64,000 bases of DNA, taken from the NCBI GenBank assembly GCA_021209335.1, contig JAJOIN010000005.1, positions 34-64,033 of the forward strand. Reading direction: 5' to 3'. Numbering within the stretch: the stretch's first letter is position 1; each line of letters opens with the position of its first letter. Under the pieces are notes generated by a model. It searched no databases. It was not told where the DNA came from and worked only from the letters and a program-made list of their open reading frames with translations. The position numbers were made by a program, and so were the translations under genes. Shown piece by piece: positions 1 to 9,726 of this stretch. Source of the stretch: Aeromonadaceae bacterium. Its GTDB lineage: Bacteria; Pseudomonadota; Gammaproteobacteria; Enterobacterales; Aeromonadaceae.

Positions 1-70
1 AACGGCAGGAGAGCCGTTTTGGACGGCCGCAGGCCGCCCGTAGGGCGCGGGCCAGGGATGGAGCGCGTCA
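1..70. repeat. Small multi-hairpin palindromic element, probably truncated by the window start
   Basis: Four adjacent hairpins: AACGGC/GCCGTT (1-18), CGGCC-GCA-GGCCG (24-36), GCCC-GTA-GGGC (36-46), CCA-GGGA-TGG (52-61). GAC(22-24)/GTC(67-69) can close the last three. Only one copy is seen in the window. Confidence 0.5.
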
Positions 71-187
71 TCCCGACCGAGCCTGCTGCTTGAGCCTGTC
101 GCAAGCCATCATCATGGCGTTGAATGGTCCCTCGCTTGGCCGCCACCGTCAAGGATCTCGGAACCGCAGGGGAGCGCGTCAAGCTGG

Positions 188-634
188 CTAGCGGAGGATC
201 TGGATACCGATTTGACGGGCTCCACAGGATTCTGCTGCAGCCTTGATGGACTCGGCCAGGCGCGCCGGGTGGGGCAGACATTTCATGCACGGCTGCGCGT
301 CATTGTTGGGATCGACCATCAGGATCACTGTGCCCAGGTTAAGCCAGCGCCATGGTGCGCGATCGATGACATAGATATGCAGTATTTCGTCGAGCGGCAG
401 GGTCAGGGGAACCTTGTCCTCTAGACTCGGGCTGAAGTAGAGGCTGTTGGGTGACAGCTGATAGCGCATCGATAGGGCTTGCCGGATCAAATGGATGCTA
501 GCGCCTGCGCCGAATGCCAGTGCCAAGGGGCCAACGAAGTAGCTGGCAGTCAGGGCTAGCATGGCAATGACCGCATAATGGTATATGTATAACCAAGGTG
601 AGGTTCGCCCCTGCCATGTCGTTTGATTCGGCAT
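188..634 (-). CDS. Membrane protein with probable bacterial PH domain (bPH_2/DUF304-like)
   Basis: ORF 188..676; ATG at 634 has GGAG upstream. Two hydrophobic segments, then RYQL...LDEILHI...WRWLNLGTVIL, a pattern typical of bPH proteins. Confidence 0.55.
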   Translation of the reverse strand: MPNQTTWQGRTSPWLYIYHYAVIAMLALTASYFVGPLALAFGAGASIHLIRQALSMRYQLSPNSLYFSPSLEDKVPLTLPLDEILHIYVIDRAPWRWLNLGTVILMVDPNNDAQPCMKCLPHPARLAESIKAAAESCGARQIGIQILR

Positions 635-872
635 CTTGCCTGCTCCATGCGTCTGCTGGCTCCTTGTATCAGCCAAGCTTCGTAAGAATCCATTTGTGGC
701 GAGTGTCTGCTATGGTCGCCGTGCAAACAAGGGGATCACCTTGGGAGTGTGATCCAGCGCCTTGCTGACTGTCTGCCGACTGGGCCCTCTGGCCATGATG
801 CGGGTCATGGTTTGATCGTCATAGAGGTGGTGTCATATGGATCGATTGTTGACCCCGACCAAGGAGCACTCC

Positions 873-1496
873 ATGAAGCAGCTGTTTTTAGCCTCGTCCT
901 TTGCGGATGTGGCGGATCTATTTGCGGCGTTTGCCCAAGTCCCCCTCGCAGGCAGAACGGTTACCTTTATTCCGACGGCCAGCCTGCCGGAGAAGGTGAC
1001 CTTCTATGTGGGGGCGGCCCGCAAGGCACTGCAACGGCTAGGTCTGGTCATTGATGAGCTGGAGCTGTCTACGGCGTCCGCGGCGACGATGGCGGCCAAG
1101 TTGCGAGGCAATGATTTTATCTATGTCTCCGGCGGTAATACGTTCTTTTTGCTGCAGATCTTGCGGCAATCCGGTGCCGATAAGCTGCTGGTGGAGGAGA
1201 TAGAAGCCGGCAAGCTGTTTATTGGCGAGTCAGCTGGCGCTATCGTACTGGCGCCCGATGTGGCCTACGTCAAACCCATGGACGATATCCGTCATGCGCC
1301 AGCCTTGACCTCCTGTGCCGGCCTGGGGGTCGTGGATTTCTACCCCTTGCCCCATCATACCAATCCGCCATTTAAGAAAACCGTCGAGAAGATATTGCTT
1401 AGCCAGGGGGACGCGCTGGCGCTACGCCCCTTTAGCAATCAAGAGGCGCTGGTGGTGCGCGGTGAGCTGCTGGAGCAGCTGAGCGGCAAGGCATAG
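873..1496 (+). CDS. Peptidase E family (S51) / class I glutamine amidotransferase-like protein
   Basis: AAGGAG RBS before ATG 873; motifs FIPTA, YVSGGNTF, GESAG and PH. Confidence 0.85.
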   Translation: MKQLFLASSFADVADLFAAFAQVPLAGRTVTFIPTASLPEKVTFYVGAARKALQRLGLVIDELELSTASAATMAAKLRGNDFIYVSGGNTFFLLQILRQSGADKLLVEEIEAGKLFIGESAGAIVLAPDVAYVKPMDDIRHAPALTSCAGLGVVDFYPLPHHTNPPFKKTVEKILLSQGDALALRPFSNQEALVVRGELLEQLSGKA

Positions 1497-1565
1497 TCTG
1501 CTGCTGCCATGCTTGCCCCTGTGGTCTGGCTGGCGTTTAATGCGCCTTTGAGCTGGAGGTGTTGC

Positions 1566-2192
1566 ATGGCATGGGATATGTGGCTGGCGTTTTTTGCCGC
1601 CTGTTGGGTTATCAGTTTATCTCCGGGGGCTGGGGCAATCGCCTCCATGTCCAGCGGGTTGCAGGTGGGCCTGTGGCGCGGGTACTGGAATATTCTGGGG
1701 TTGCAGCTGGCCCTGGCGGTGCAGATCCTGATAGTGGCGGCGGGGGTGGGCGCCGTCTTGGTAGCCTCGGAGCTGGCGTTTAACCTCATCAAGTGGTTTG
1801 GCGTCCTGTATCTCATCTACCTGGCCTATCGCCAATGGCGACAGGCGCCGCAGGCGATCCAGGCACAGGCTGAGCCGGTACAGATCCGCAGTCGTGTCTT
1901 GCTGGTCAAAGGCTTTCTGGTCAACATCAGCAACCCCAAGGCCATCGTCTTCATGCTGGCGGTGCTGCCCCAGTTCATCGACCCGGCGGCCCCCCTGGTG
2001 CCCCAGTACGGCCTGATGCTGATCACCATGATCAGCGTGGATGTGCTGGTGATGACGGGCTACACCTGTTTGGCCGCCAAGGTGCTGCAACTGCTGCGCA
2101 CTCCCGGGCAACAGCGGCTGCTCAATCGCAGCTTTGCCAGCCTGTTTGTCGGGGCGGCTTCTGTGCTGGCCCTGGTGCACAGAGGTAACTGA
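1566..2192 (+). CDS. rhtB: Homoserine/homoserine lactone efflux protein (LysE/RhtB family)
   Basis: GGAGG RBS; SLSPGAGA and NISNPKAIVF motifs; about 6 TM segments. Confidence 0.85.
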   Translation: MAWDMWLAFFAACWVISLSPGAGAIASMSSGLQVGLWRGYWNILGLQLALAVQILIVAAGVGAVLVASELAFNLIKWFGVLYLIYLAYRQWRQAPQAIQAQAEPVQIRSRVLLVKGFLVNISNPKAIVFMLAVLPQFIDPAAPLVPQYGLMLITMISVDVLVMTGYTCLAAKVLQLLRTPGQQRLLNRSFASLFVGAASVLALVHRGN

Positions 2193-2198
2193 GCCGCG

Positions 2199-3155
2199 AT
2201 GAGTCTGTTGCTGGCGCTGCTGGGTTCGGCGCAGGTGGTACTGTGGATGGAGAATGGCGATCGCTACAGCGGCCAGATCAAGAAGATCAGCGGCAGCGAG
2301 CTGGTGTTGGAGTCCACCTATGGCGGCCAGTTGCGCCTGCCGCGGGCTAATATCACCCGCTGGCAGGATGAGGTGGGTCAACTCAAGGCACCGGCGGAGC
2401 TGGTGGCGGCCCTGCCTGCGGTCAAACCCAAGGCGGATTGGGAGTACAAGGTCGCCGCCGATGCCAGCGCCAAGCTCAAACGGGGCGAGAGCAGCCGCAA
2501 TGATATTCTCTTCAAGCTCGACAGCCAGCTCACCGCCGAACAGTGGCGCTGGGGGCTGACCGGTGAGTATGAGTACGATACATCCGAAGGTGAGACCCTG
2601 ACCCACAAGTACCAGCTGTTGCCCAAGCTGGACTATTTCTTTCACCCCAACTGGTACTGGCGTGGCTCGGTGGATCTGCGCTACGACATGTTGGGCGACA
2701 CCTACATGGAGACGGATTACGCCTCCGGCCCCGGCTATCGCTTCTGGAAGCGCAAGGAGAGCTGGCTGGAGATGAACCTGCAGGCCGGCTGGAGCGCGGT
2801 GCGCTGGCGGGATGAAGATACCAATCTGGCCCTGTTGTTCCCGGGCAACCATGTGGTTTACCCCTTGGCCAAGCTGGGCTGGGATTATCAGCAACCGTTA
2901 GGCGATAGCCGTTTCACCCTGTTTAGCCAGGGCAACTATGTGAAGTTTTTGGCCCAGCGCTCTGACTGGTTGGTGCTCAATCAGCAGGCAGAGGGGGAGT
3001 TTGGGGTGCGTTATGCCTTGAGCAAGCACCTGCGGCTGGCTTGGCGCTCCGAGGTGGAGTGGAGCGATATGTGGCTGGAGTACGCAGGCCAAAAGCTCAG
3101 GCCGGCGGATGACTTGGAGTGGCGCCACTATCTGAGCCTGGGCTTTAACTACTGA
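2199..3155 (+). CDS. DUF481-type outer-membrane beta-barrel protein
   Basis: N-terminal WMENGDRYSG motif, amphipathic strands, GPGYRFW, and a C-terminal aromatic beta-signal (LSLGFNY). Confidence 0.7.
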   Translation: MSLLLALLGSAQVVLWMENGDRYSGQIKKISGSELVLESTYGGQLRLPRANITRWQDEVGQLKAPAELVAALPAVKPKADWEYKVAADASAKLKRGESSRNDILFKLDSQLTAEQWRWGLTGEYEYDTSEGETLTHKYQLLPKLDYFFHPNWYWRGSVDLRYDMLGDTYMETDYASGPGYRFWKRKESWLEMNLQAGWSAVRWRDEDTNLALLFPGNHVVYPLAKLGWDYQQPLGDSRFTLFSQGNYVKFLAQRSDWLVLNQQAEGEFGVRYALSKHLRLAWRSEVEWSDMWLEYAGQKLRPADDLEWRHYLSLGFNY

Positions 3156-3181
3156 TCTCGTGCCTTGGCTTGGCGTACAAG

Positions 3182-3207
3182 ACAAACCCCGCCGCAGCGG
3201 GGTTTGT
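3182..3207. terminator. Probable bidirectional intrinsic terminator
   Basis: ACAAACCCCGC-CGCA-GCGGGGTTTGT between convergent genes. Confidence 0.75.
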
Positions 3208-3225
3208 TGTGTCTGCGGGCCGGCA

Positions 3226-4650
3226 TCAGGGGGCGGGCACCTTGGCGGCCAGGGCGCCGCTGCGGTACTTGAGCAGGAACAGTACCGTGATCACCAGGCT
3301 GGCGGCCAGGCCAATCAGGGTGGCGGGCAGCAGGGCCAGGCCGAAGCCGATGGGGGCATTGGCCAGGTAGGTGATGCACACGGCGGTCATGAAGACGGCG
3401 GGCAGGGTGCAGATCCAGTGCAGCTTGTCCTCCTTGGCCAGGTAGGCGGCGGCCGCCCACAGCATGATGACGGCAGTGGTCTGGTTGGCCCAGCCGAAGT
3501 AGCGCCAGATCAACCCGAAGTCCGCCTTGGAGATGAGATAACCCACCACAAACATGGGCACGGCGATGAGCAACCGCTTGGCGATGGGCTTCTGCGGCAT
3601 CTTCAGAAACTCGGCAATGATGAGGCGGGCACTGCGAAAGGCGGTATCACCGGAGGTGATGGGCAGTATCACCACCCCCAGGATGGCCAGTATGCCCCCC
3701 ACCTGACCCAGCAGGCCGATGGAGACCTCGTGTACCACGGCGGATGGACCGCCATTGGCCAGGGTGGCGTTGAGGGCGGCGGGGCTGTCGTAGAAGGAGA
3801 GGCCCAGGGTACACCAGATGAGGGCGATCACCCCTTCACCTATCATGGCGCCGTAGAAGATGAAGCGGCCGGATTTTTCATTTTGCATGCAGCGGGCCAT
3901 CAGCGGTGACTGGGTGGCGTGAAAGCCCGAGACGGCGCCGCAGGCGATGGTGATAAACAGCAGGGGCCAGAGGGGCAACTCGCTGGGATGCAGGTTGGCC
4001 AGGCTGATGCCCGCGCTGTACAGGGGCTTGTCGGACAGCAGCATGGCACCGACCAGACCGACGGACATGAACAGCAGCAGGGCACCAAACAACGGGTAGA
4101 GACGACCGATGATCTTGTCGATGGGCACGATAGTCGCCAGTATGTAGTAGGCGAAGATGGCCAGGATCCAGTAAACCAGGCTGCTGCTGGTCAGGCTGGC
4201 CAGCAGGCCGGCCGGGCTCAGCACAAACACCACCCCCACCAGCATCAGCAATAGCACCGCAAACAGGTTCATAAAATGTTTAGCGACCGTGCCGAGTTGC
4301 TCACCCACTACCACGGGCACAGAGGCGCCCTTGGCCCGCACCGACAGCATGCCGGAGAAGTAGTCGTGTACCGCGCCGGCGAAGATGCAGCCGAACACGA
4401 TCCACAGCATGGCCACTGGGCCATACAGGGCCCCCAGTATGGGGCCGAAGATGGGACCCACGCCGGCGATGTTCAGCAGCTGCACCAGGTAGATCTTCTT
4501 GTCGGACATGGGCACATAGTCCACCCCGTCCGCCATGGTGACCGCGGGGGTGGCCTGTTCCGGCCGGGGGCCGAACACCTTTTCTACGAACTTGCCGTAG
4601 AAGAAATAGCCGGCCAGCAACAGGCCGACAGCAAGCAGGAACCAACTCAT
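3226..4650 (-). CDS. cstA: Carbon starvation protein A family transporter (CstA/BtsT-like, short form)
   Basis: DGVDYVP, NIAGVGPIFGP, GAVHDY, ITIACGAVSGFHA and ITSGDTAFR motifs; AAGGAG upstream of ATG 4650. Confidence 0.9.
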   Translation of the reverse strand: MSWFLLAVGLLLAGYFFYGKFVEKVFGPRPEQATPAVTMADGVDYVPMSDKKIYLVQLLNIAGVGPIFGPILGALYGPVAMLWIVFGCIFAGAVHDYFSGMLSVRAKGASVPVVVGEQLGTVAKHFMNLFAVLLLMLVGVVFVLSPAGLLASLTSSSLVYWILAIFAYYILATIVPIDKIIGRLYPLFGALLLFMSVGLVGAMLLSDKPLYSAGISLANLHPSELPLWPLLFITIACGAVSGFHATQSPLMARCMQNEKSGRFIFYGAMIGEGVIALIWCTLGLSFYDSPAALNATLANGGPSAVVHEVSIGLLGQVGGILAILGVVILPITSGDTAFRSARLIIAEFLKMPQKPIAKRLLIAVPMFVVGYLISKADFGLIWRYFGWANQTTAVIMLWAAAAYLAKEDKLHWICTLPAVFMTAVCITYLANAPIGFGLALLPATLIGLAASLVITVLFLLKYRSGALAAKVPAP

Positions 4651-4686
4651 ACCTTCACTCCTTGGAAAGGTTATCAATCGTAGGGG

Positions 4687-4754
4687 AGTGTAGGCCTGGC
4701 CTGCCGCCCTGGCTGCCGCGACTGCTTAAGCGGCGGTTTGGCGGCGCCAGCGGC
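4687..4754 (-). promoter_or_regulatory. Putative cstA promoter with LytTR (BtsR)-type direct repeat
   Basis: Minus-strand TACACT (-10) at 4692-4687; GCCGCTGG and GCCGCTTA repeated 20 bp apart, partly resembling the E. coli BtsR ACCRCTYA repeat. Confidence 0.35.
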
Positions 4755-4777
4755 GAGACGGTGTGAGGTGTGTCACA

Positions 4778-5485
4778 TCAGCTCAGTCCCAGACGGGCCT
4801 TGATGTCGGGCAGGAAGCGGCGGCTCACCGGCACCGTTTGCCCCGCCGGGGTGAGGATTTCGGCCAGTTGGTGCTCCAGCAGGCGCAACTCGCCCAGGGC
4901 GTGGGGAGCCACCAGATACTGACGATGGCAGCGGATGAGGGGCGTCTGCTGCTCCAGGGCCTTCAGGGTCAGCTGGGTATGGTAATGCTCGCTGCCGCTG
5001 ACCAGGTGCACGCCGCCCAGATCCGAATAGGCAAAGTCGATGGTCTCCACGGGCAGCAGCTTGACCCGGTTGTGGACAAACACCGGCAGCCGGCTGGGCG
5101 GTGGTGCCAGCTGGCGTACCGGTTGGGGGGTGAGGCTCTGGCGCAGGCGGTACAGCGTCTTGGCCAGCCGATCCGGCGCCACGGGTTTGAGCAGGTAGTC
5201 GAAGGCCTGCTCCTCGAAGGCCTGGATGGCGTAGTCATCGAAGGCGGTGACAAACACGATGCGCGGCAGGGGATCGGCCAGCAGGCCGATGAGCTCCATG
5301 CCGCTGACCTTGGGCATCTGGATATCCAGAAACACCACATCGGGCTTAAGTGCGTTGATCTGTTGCAGGGCCTCGATGGCGTTGGCCGCCTGGCCCAGGA
5401 TCTGGATGTCTGCCTCGCCGGCCAGCTGGCTCGTCAGCTCCTGACGGGCGAAGGGTTCGTCATCCACCAGCAGCACGCGGATCAT
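4778..5485 (-). CDS. btsR: LytTR-family response regulator
   Basis: REC domain (VDDE, FLDIQMP, FVTAFD, YLLKP) plus LytTR domain (RCHRQYLV, VPVSRR). Confidence 0.9.
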   Translation of the reverse strand: MIRVLLVDDEPFARQELTSQLAGEADIQILGQAANAIEALQQINALKPDVVFLDIQMPKVSGMELIGLLADPLPRIVFVTAFDDYAIQAFEEQAFDYLLKPVAPDRLAKTLYRLRQSLTPQPVRQLAPPPSRLPVFVHNRVKLLPVETIDFAYSDLGGVHLVSGSEHYHTQLTLKALEQQTPLIRCHRQYLVAPHALGELRLLEHQLAEILTPAGQTVPVSRRFLPDIKARLGLS

Positions 5486-7153
5486 GGGGCCTCCTTGGGC
5501 AGGGTCAGGCTGACCCGGCAGTAACAGTCGGCCTGGTTGTGGATGCTAAGCCGGGCCTCACTACCAAAAGCGTTGTGCAGCCGCCGCTGCACTATGGTCA
5601 GCCCCAGGCCATCGCTGTCGTCAGACGGTGCGTAGGCGCCGGCGTTGTCTTCTATCTCCAGCAGCACCTGGCTGCCTTGTGATTGGGCACGGATCTGCAG
5701 CCGTCCCGGCTCCAGCCGGTTGGCGATGCCGTGCTTGATGGCGTTTTCGATCAGGGGCTGCAGGGTGAAGGCCGGCAGCCGGGTGGTCAGCAGCTCCGCC
5801 GGGATCTGGTAATCCACCTGCAGGCGCTCGCCGAAACGGGCCTGCTCGATTTCCAGGTAGGCCTGGCAATGCTCCAGCTCCTCGGCCAGGGTGGTGAGCC
5901 CCTCCTGGCGCTTGAGGTTCTTGCGGAAGAAGTGCGACAGGTGCAGCAGCAGGCCGCGGGCCCGCTCGGGATCCGTGCGGGTGATGGCGCCGATGGTGTT
6001 GAGGGTGTTGAACAGGAAATGGGGGTTGATCTGGGCGCGCAGCAGCTTGAGCTCGGCCTGGGTCAGCAGGTTCTCCTGTTGCGCCAAGCGGCTGCTGAGC
6101 AGCTGGCGGGACAACAGGTTGGCGATGCCTTCCCCCAGGGTGCGGTTGATCTTGAGAAACAGGCGCTGCCGGGGTTCATACAGCTTGATGGTGCCCAGGA
6201 CCCCTTTCTCGCCTTGAAGCGGGATCACCAGCACAGAGCCCAGCGGGCAGTGGGCCTGGATGCTGCAGCGGTAGGGCTCGCTCTGACCGTCGGCAAACAT
6301 CAAGCGGTTATGGGCAATGGCGGCCAGGGTCAGGGGCGAGGAGATGGGGGCGCCCCGGCTTGTGGTGATCCTCACCCGTGCCGACGAAGGCCAGGATGCG
6401 GTGGCAGTCGGTGATGGCCACGGCGCCGACCCCGGTTTCCTGATAGAGGATCTGGGCCACCGCCTGAGCCGCGGCTGGGGTGAGTCCCTGATCCAGCAGG
6501 CCGACGGTGCGCTGGGCGATGCGCAGTGCCTTGGCGGAGAAGGTGCCGGAGAGCTCCTCGAACATGCGCTTCTGATCGCGGATCATGCTGATAAACAGGG
6601 CGGCACCGGTGGCGTTGGCCAGCAGCATGGGCGGGGCGATGAGCTGCACCAGCTCCCAGGCCTGAGCGAACGGCTGAGCCAGCAGCAGTATGATGAGCAT
6701 CTGCAGCAGCTCGGCCAGCAGGGTGACGGCAAAGGCCAGGGCGGGGCTGAACAGCTTGTCCAGCCGACCACGGCGCAGCAGGTGCCAGTGTACCAGGCCG
6801 CCGAGCAGGCCCTCGGCGGTGGTGGAGACGGCGCAGGCCAGATCGGTGAAGCCGCCCAGGCTCCAGCGATGCAGGCCGCCGGTGAGGCCGACGAAGAAGC
6901 CGGTGACCGGGCCGCCCAGCAGTCCCCCCAGCACGGCGCCTACCGCCCGGGTATTGGCGATGGCTCCTTGGATCTCCAGACCAAAATAGGTGCCCAGAAT
7001 GCAGAAGGTGGAGAACAGACAGTAGATCACCACCTTATGCGGCCAACGCACCGAGTAGTTGGCCAGGGGATGGAACAGGGGCGTCTTGGAGAGCAGGTAG
7101 GCGATCACCAAAAACACGCTGAGCTGTTGAAACAGCGAGAAGACGAGGGGCAT
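5482..7153 (-). CDS. btsS: LytS/YehU-family sensor histidine kinase, frameshifted in this sequence
   Basis: The 5TM-LYT/GAF part (ORF 6308..7213) and the kinase part (QINPHFLFNTLN, ENAIKHG; ORF 5482..6375) join if one base is removed from the C run at 6353-6356. Confidence 0.85.
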
Positions 7154-7283
7154 GATCCGCTCCTGTGTCGGCAGGATGGCGTCATGGTATGCCAATCCGG
7201 TCATGGCTGACATGCGGGGCGGCGTCTTTGCGCCAACTTGTGAGCCGGGTCACCAGACCCACAACAACCAAAAAGGATGCGTG

Positions 7284-7898
7284 ATGGGACAGGGTGTTAA
7301 CGCTGGGACGCGGCAGCGAAGGGGGGCTGTGAACGGGGCTCGAGGGGCAGGCCGCGGCCGCCTGTGGTGCTGGCTGGTCTGCCTGGCCCTGTGGGGGAAC
7401 CCCTGCCGGGCCGAGCTGCCCGCCGAGGCGTTGAGCCTGGCGGATAATCTCATCAATCCGGGGCAATTTAACCAGTTCAATCAACAGGTGCTGCAGAACC
7501 TTATTCGTCAGCAACCTGAGCTGGCCCGCTATCAGGGGGTGGTGCAGCGCTGGAGCAAGGAGACCCTGAGCTGGCCTGAGGTGCGCCAGGGGTTGGCCCT
7601 GCACTATGCCCAGCATTTTACCCGCGACGAGATGGCGCAGATGAATGTGTTTTTTGCCACGCCTACGGGCAAGAAATACGTCAAGTATGCGCCCCTGCTC
7701 AGGGAGGAGACACTGGCGGTCGGCCAGAACCTGATCCAGGCGGGATTACCGCGGCTGGGGTTGATGCTGCAGGTGGCCAAGGCACAGGCCGGTGACACCA
7801 GTCCGAACGGACTGCCGCTACCGGCCAGCGGAGCCCCTGCCAGCCACAGTGACTTGCCGGCGGCCTCTGCTGCCACTGGGACGGCCCTCGGACGCTAG
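7284..7898 (+). CDS. DUF2059-like exported protein
   Basis: Hydrophobic signal-like segment; YAQHFTRDEMAQMNVFFATPTGKKY matches the DUF2059 pattern. Start codon uncertain. Confidence 0.65.
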   Translation: MGQGVNAGTRQRRGAVNGARGAGRGRLWCWLVCLALWGNPCRAELPAEALSLADNLINPGQFNQFNQQVLQNLIRQQPELARYQGVVQRWSKETLSWPEVRQGLALHYAQHFTRDEMAQMNVFFATPTGKKYVKYAPLLREETLAVGQNLIQAGLPRLGLMLQVAKAQAGDTSPNGLPLPASGAPASHSDLPAASAATGTALGR

Positions 7899-7900
7899 CC

Positions 7901-9652
7901 TCAGGCGCAGATGCCGGTTTGCTGGGGCGTCTCCAGCCAAAGGTGATCGGCTTGCTGCTTGGCCTGCTTCTTGGCCTGGCTGAGCCGTTCGCTGAGCTGT
8001 CCCTGGGTCAGCGGCAGGCCGGGTTGCCAGCAGACGGCGCCGATGGCCAGGGCCACCAGGGGAAACTGTCGCTCCTGACCGTCCCTGTCCTGGCCGACGA
8101 TGCCGCCGCGGCGCACATCTTCCTGGCGGTAGCAGCAGATCCTCAGCTGATGAAACTCGGCCTGTAACTGGGCCAGATTACTCCGCCAATCGCCATGTTC
8201 CCCCAGCAGGATAAAGTCGTCGCCACCCAGGTGGCCGATAAAGGTGCCCACTTGGGCAAAGTGCTTGCGCAGCAGGCGCGCCAGCAGCTTGATCATTTGA
8301 TCGCCCCTGTCATAGCCACAGACGTCGTTAAACGGCTTGAAATGGTTTAGATCGCAATAGGCCAGCCAGAAGGGCCGCCCCCTATGGATGGCGCGGGTCA
8401 GGGTCTGCTGGATGGGTACATTACCCGGCAGCAGGGTGAGGGGATTGGCGTGGCGGGCCATCTGCAGCTTGTAGTCGGTGAGGCGGCGCATCAGCTCGCG
8501 GATCCGCCCCATTCCCAGATAGCGGCCCTGCTCGCAGATGACAAACCAGGCATCCATCTCATCGCTGTTCTTGGCCACCAGTTGCTGGCTGACCTGGATC
8601 AGGCTCTGCTCTGCCTCCACCAGTATGGGCTGACTGTCCATCAGGCGGCTCACCGGTGCCTTGGCATAGAGCGAATAGCCAAAGCGCTCTGCCAGGTGGG
8701 CCAACAGGCTCTGGCGGCGCAGCAAGCCTATGGGCTTGTCATCCTTGCCCAGTACCGGCAGGCAGCCGTATTCGGGCTGCTGTTTGAACAGCTGCAGTGC
8801 CTGTTCGCACAACAGATCCGGGTGCAGTACAGGGGCGCTTTGCGCCAATTGCCCCACCTTGTGGATCACCTCCGGCTCGCTGGGTTCGGGATCTCGTCGG
8901 GTCTCAAACAGGGCGGTAGGGCGGTGGGCGGGCTTACCCAGCAGGTAGCCCTGGCAGTAACGGATGCCCAACTGGCGCAGGCATTGGTACTCCTCTTCCC
9001 GCTCCACGCCCTCGAGTATCATGGCGCAGCCCAGGTTGTTGGCCAGATCCCGCAAACTGGCGACAAACTGTCGCTTGGTGAGATCCCGATCCAGATCCGC
9101 CGTGAAGTAGATATCCAGCTTGACGAAGTCCGGCTTGAGGCTCGACCAGAGGCGCAGCCCCGAGTTGCCGGCCCCCAGATCGTCAATCGCCACACCAAAG
9201 CCGGCTTGTTTGAGCAGGGCAACCTGACTTTGAATGTCTTCCCAGCAGTTGACCGGATGGTGTTCGGTCAATTCGATCACCAGATCCTGGCAGGCAAGGC
9301 CGGCTGCCTCGGTCAGTGCCACCAGCTCCTCGACCTGACAGGCCAGCAGTACCCGGGGGGAAAGGTTGACAAACAGCCGGCCGGGCAGGCGCTGCTCGAC
9401 AAAACAGCGGAGCGCCTGTCGCAGACACAAGAGTTCCATCTGTTTGAGTTGCCCCTGCTGCTCGGCGTGAAAAAACAGCTCCAGCGGCGAGTGCAGCGGA
9501 CTATCCGAGGGGCCCCGGCTCAGGGCTTCATAACCCAGTGCGATCTGCTGCTGACAGTCGAGTATGGGTTGCAGCAGTGTCTGGATCTGGCGGTTAGAGA
9601 GGATGCGTTCGAGCTCGGCCTGCATGGGGGATCCTCGGATGACTTGGCTCAT
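7901..9652 (-). CDS. EAL-CBS-GGDEF c-di-GMP turnover protein
   Basis: EALSRGP, ELTE, DDLGAG, KLD, EGVE and QGY in the EAL domain; central CBS-like pair; NPLTLLPGN, FKPFND and GGDDF. Start may be 9625. Confidence 0.9.
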   Translation of the reverse strand: MSQVIRGSPMQAELERILSNRQIQTLLQPILDCQQQIALGYEALSRGPSDSPLHSPLELFFHAEQQGQLKQMELLCLRQALRCFVEQRLPGRLFVNLSPRVLLACQVEELVALTEAAGLACQDLVIELTEHHPVNCWEDIQSQVALLKQAGFGVAIDDLGAGNSGLRLWSSLKPDFVKLDIYFTADLDRDLTKRQFVASLRDLANNLGCAMILEGVEREEEYQCLRQLGIRYCQGYLLGKPAHRPTALFETRRDPEPSEPEVIHKVGQLAQSAPVLHPDLLCEQALQLFKQQPEYGCLPVLGKDDKPIGLLRRQSLLAHLAERFGYSLYAKAPVSRLMDSQPILVEAEQSLIQVSQQLVAKNSDEMDAWFVICEQGRYLGMGRIRELMRRLTDYKLQMARHANPLTLLPGNVPIQQTLTRAIHRGRPFWLAYCDLNHFKPFNDVCGYDRGDQMIKLLARLLRKHFAQVGTFIGHLGGDDFILLGEHGDWRSNLAQLQAEFHQLRICCYRQEDVRRGGIVGQDRDGQERQFPLVALAIGAVCWQPGLPLTQGQLSERLSQAKKQAKQQADHLWLETPQQTGICA

Positions 9653-9726
9653 GGCCAGGCACTCTAGGCAAGGCAGATGACAGCACCATGACAAAACCGA
9701 GCTAATTATCGGAATTTACAAGAGTT

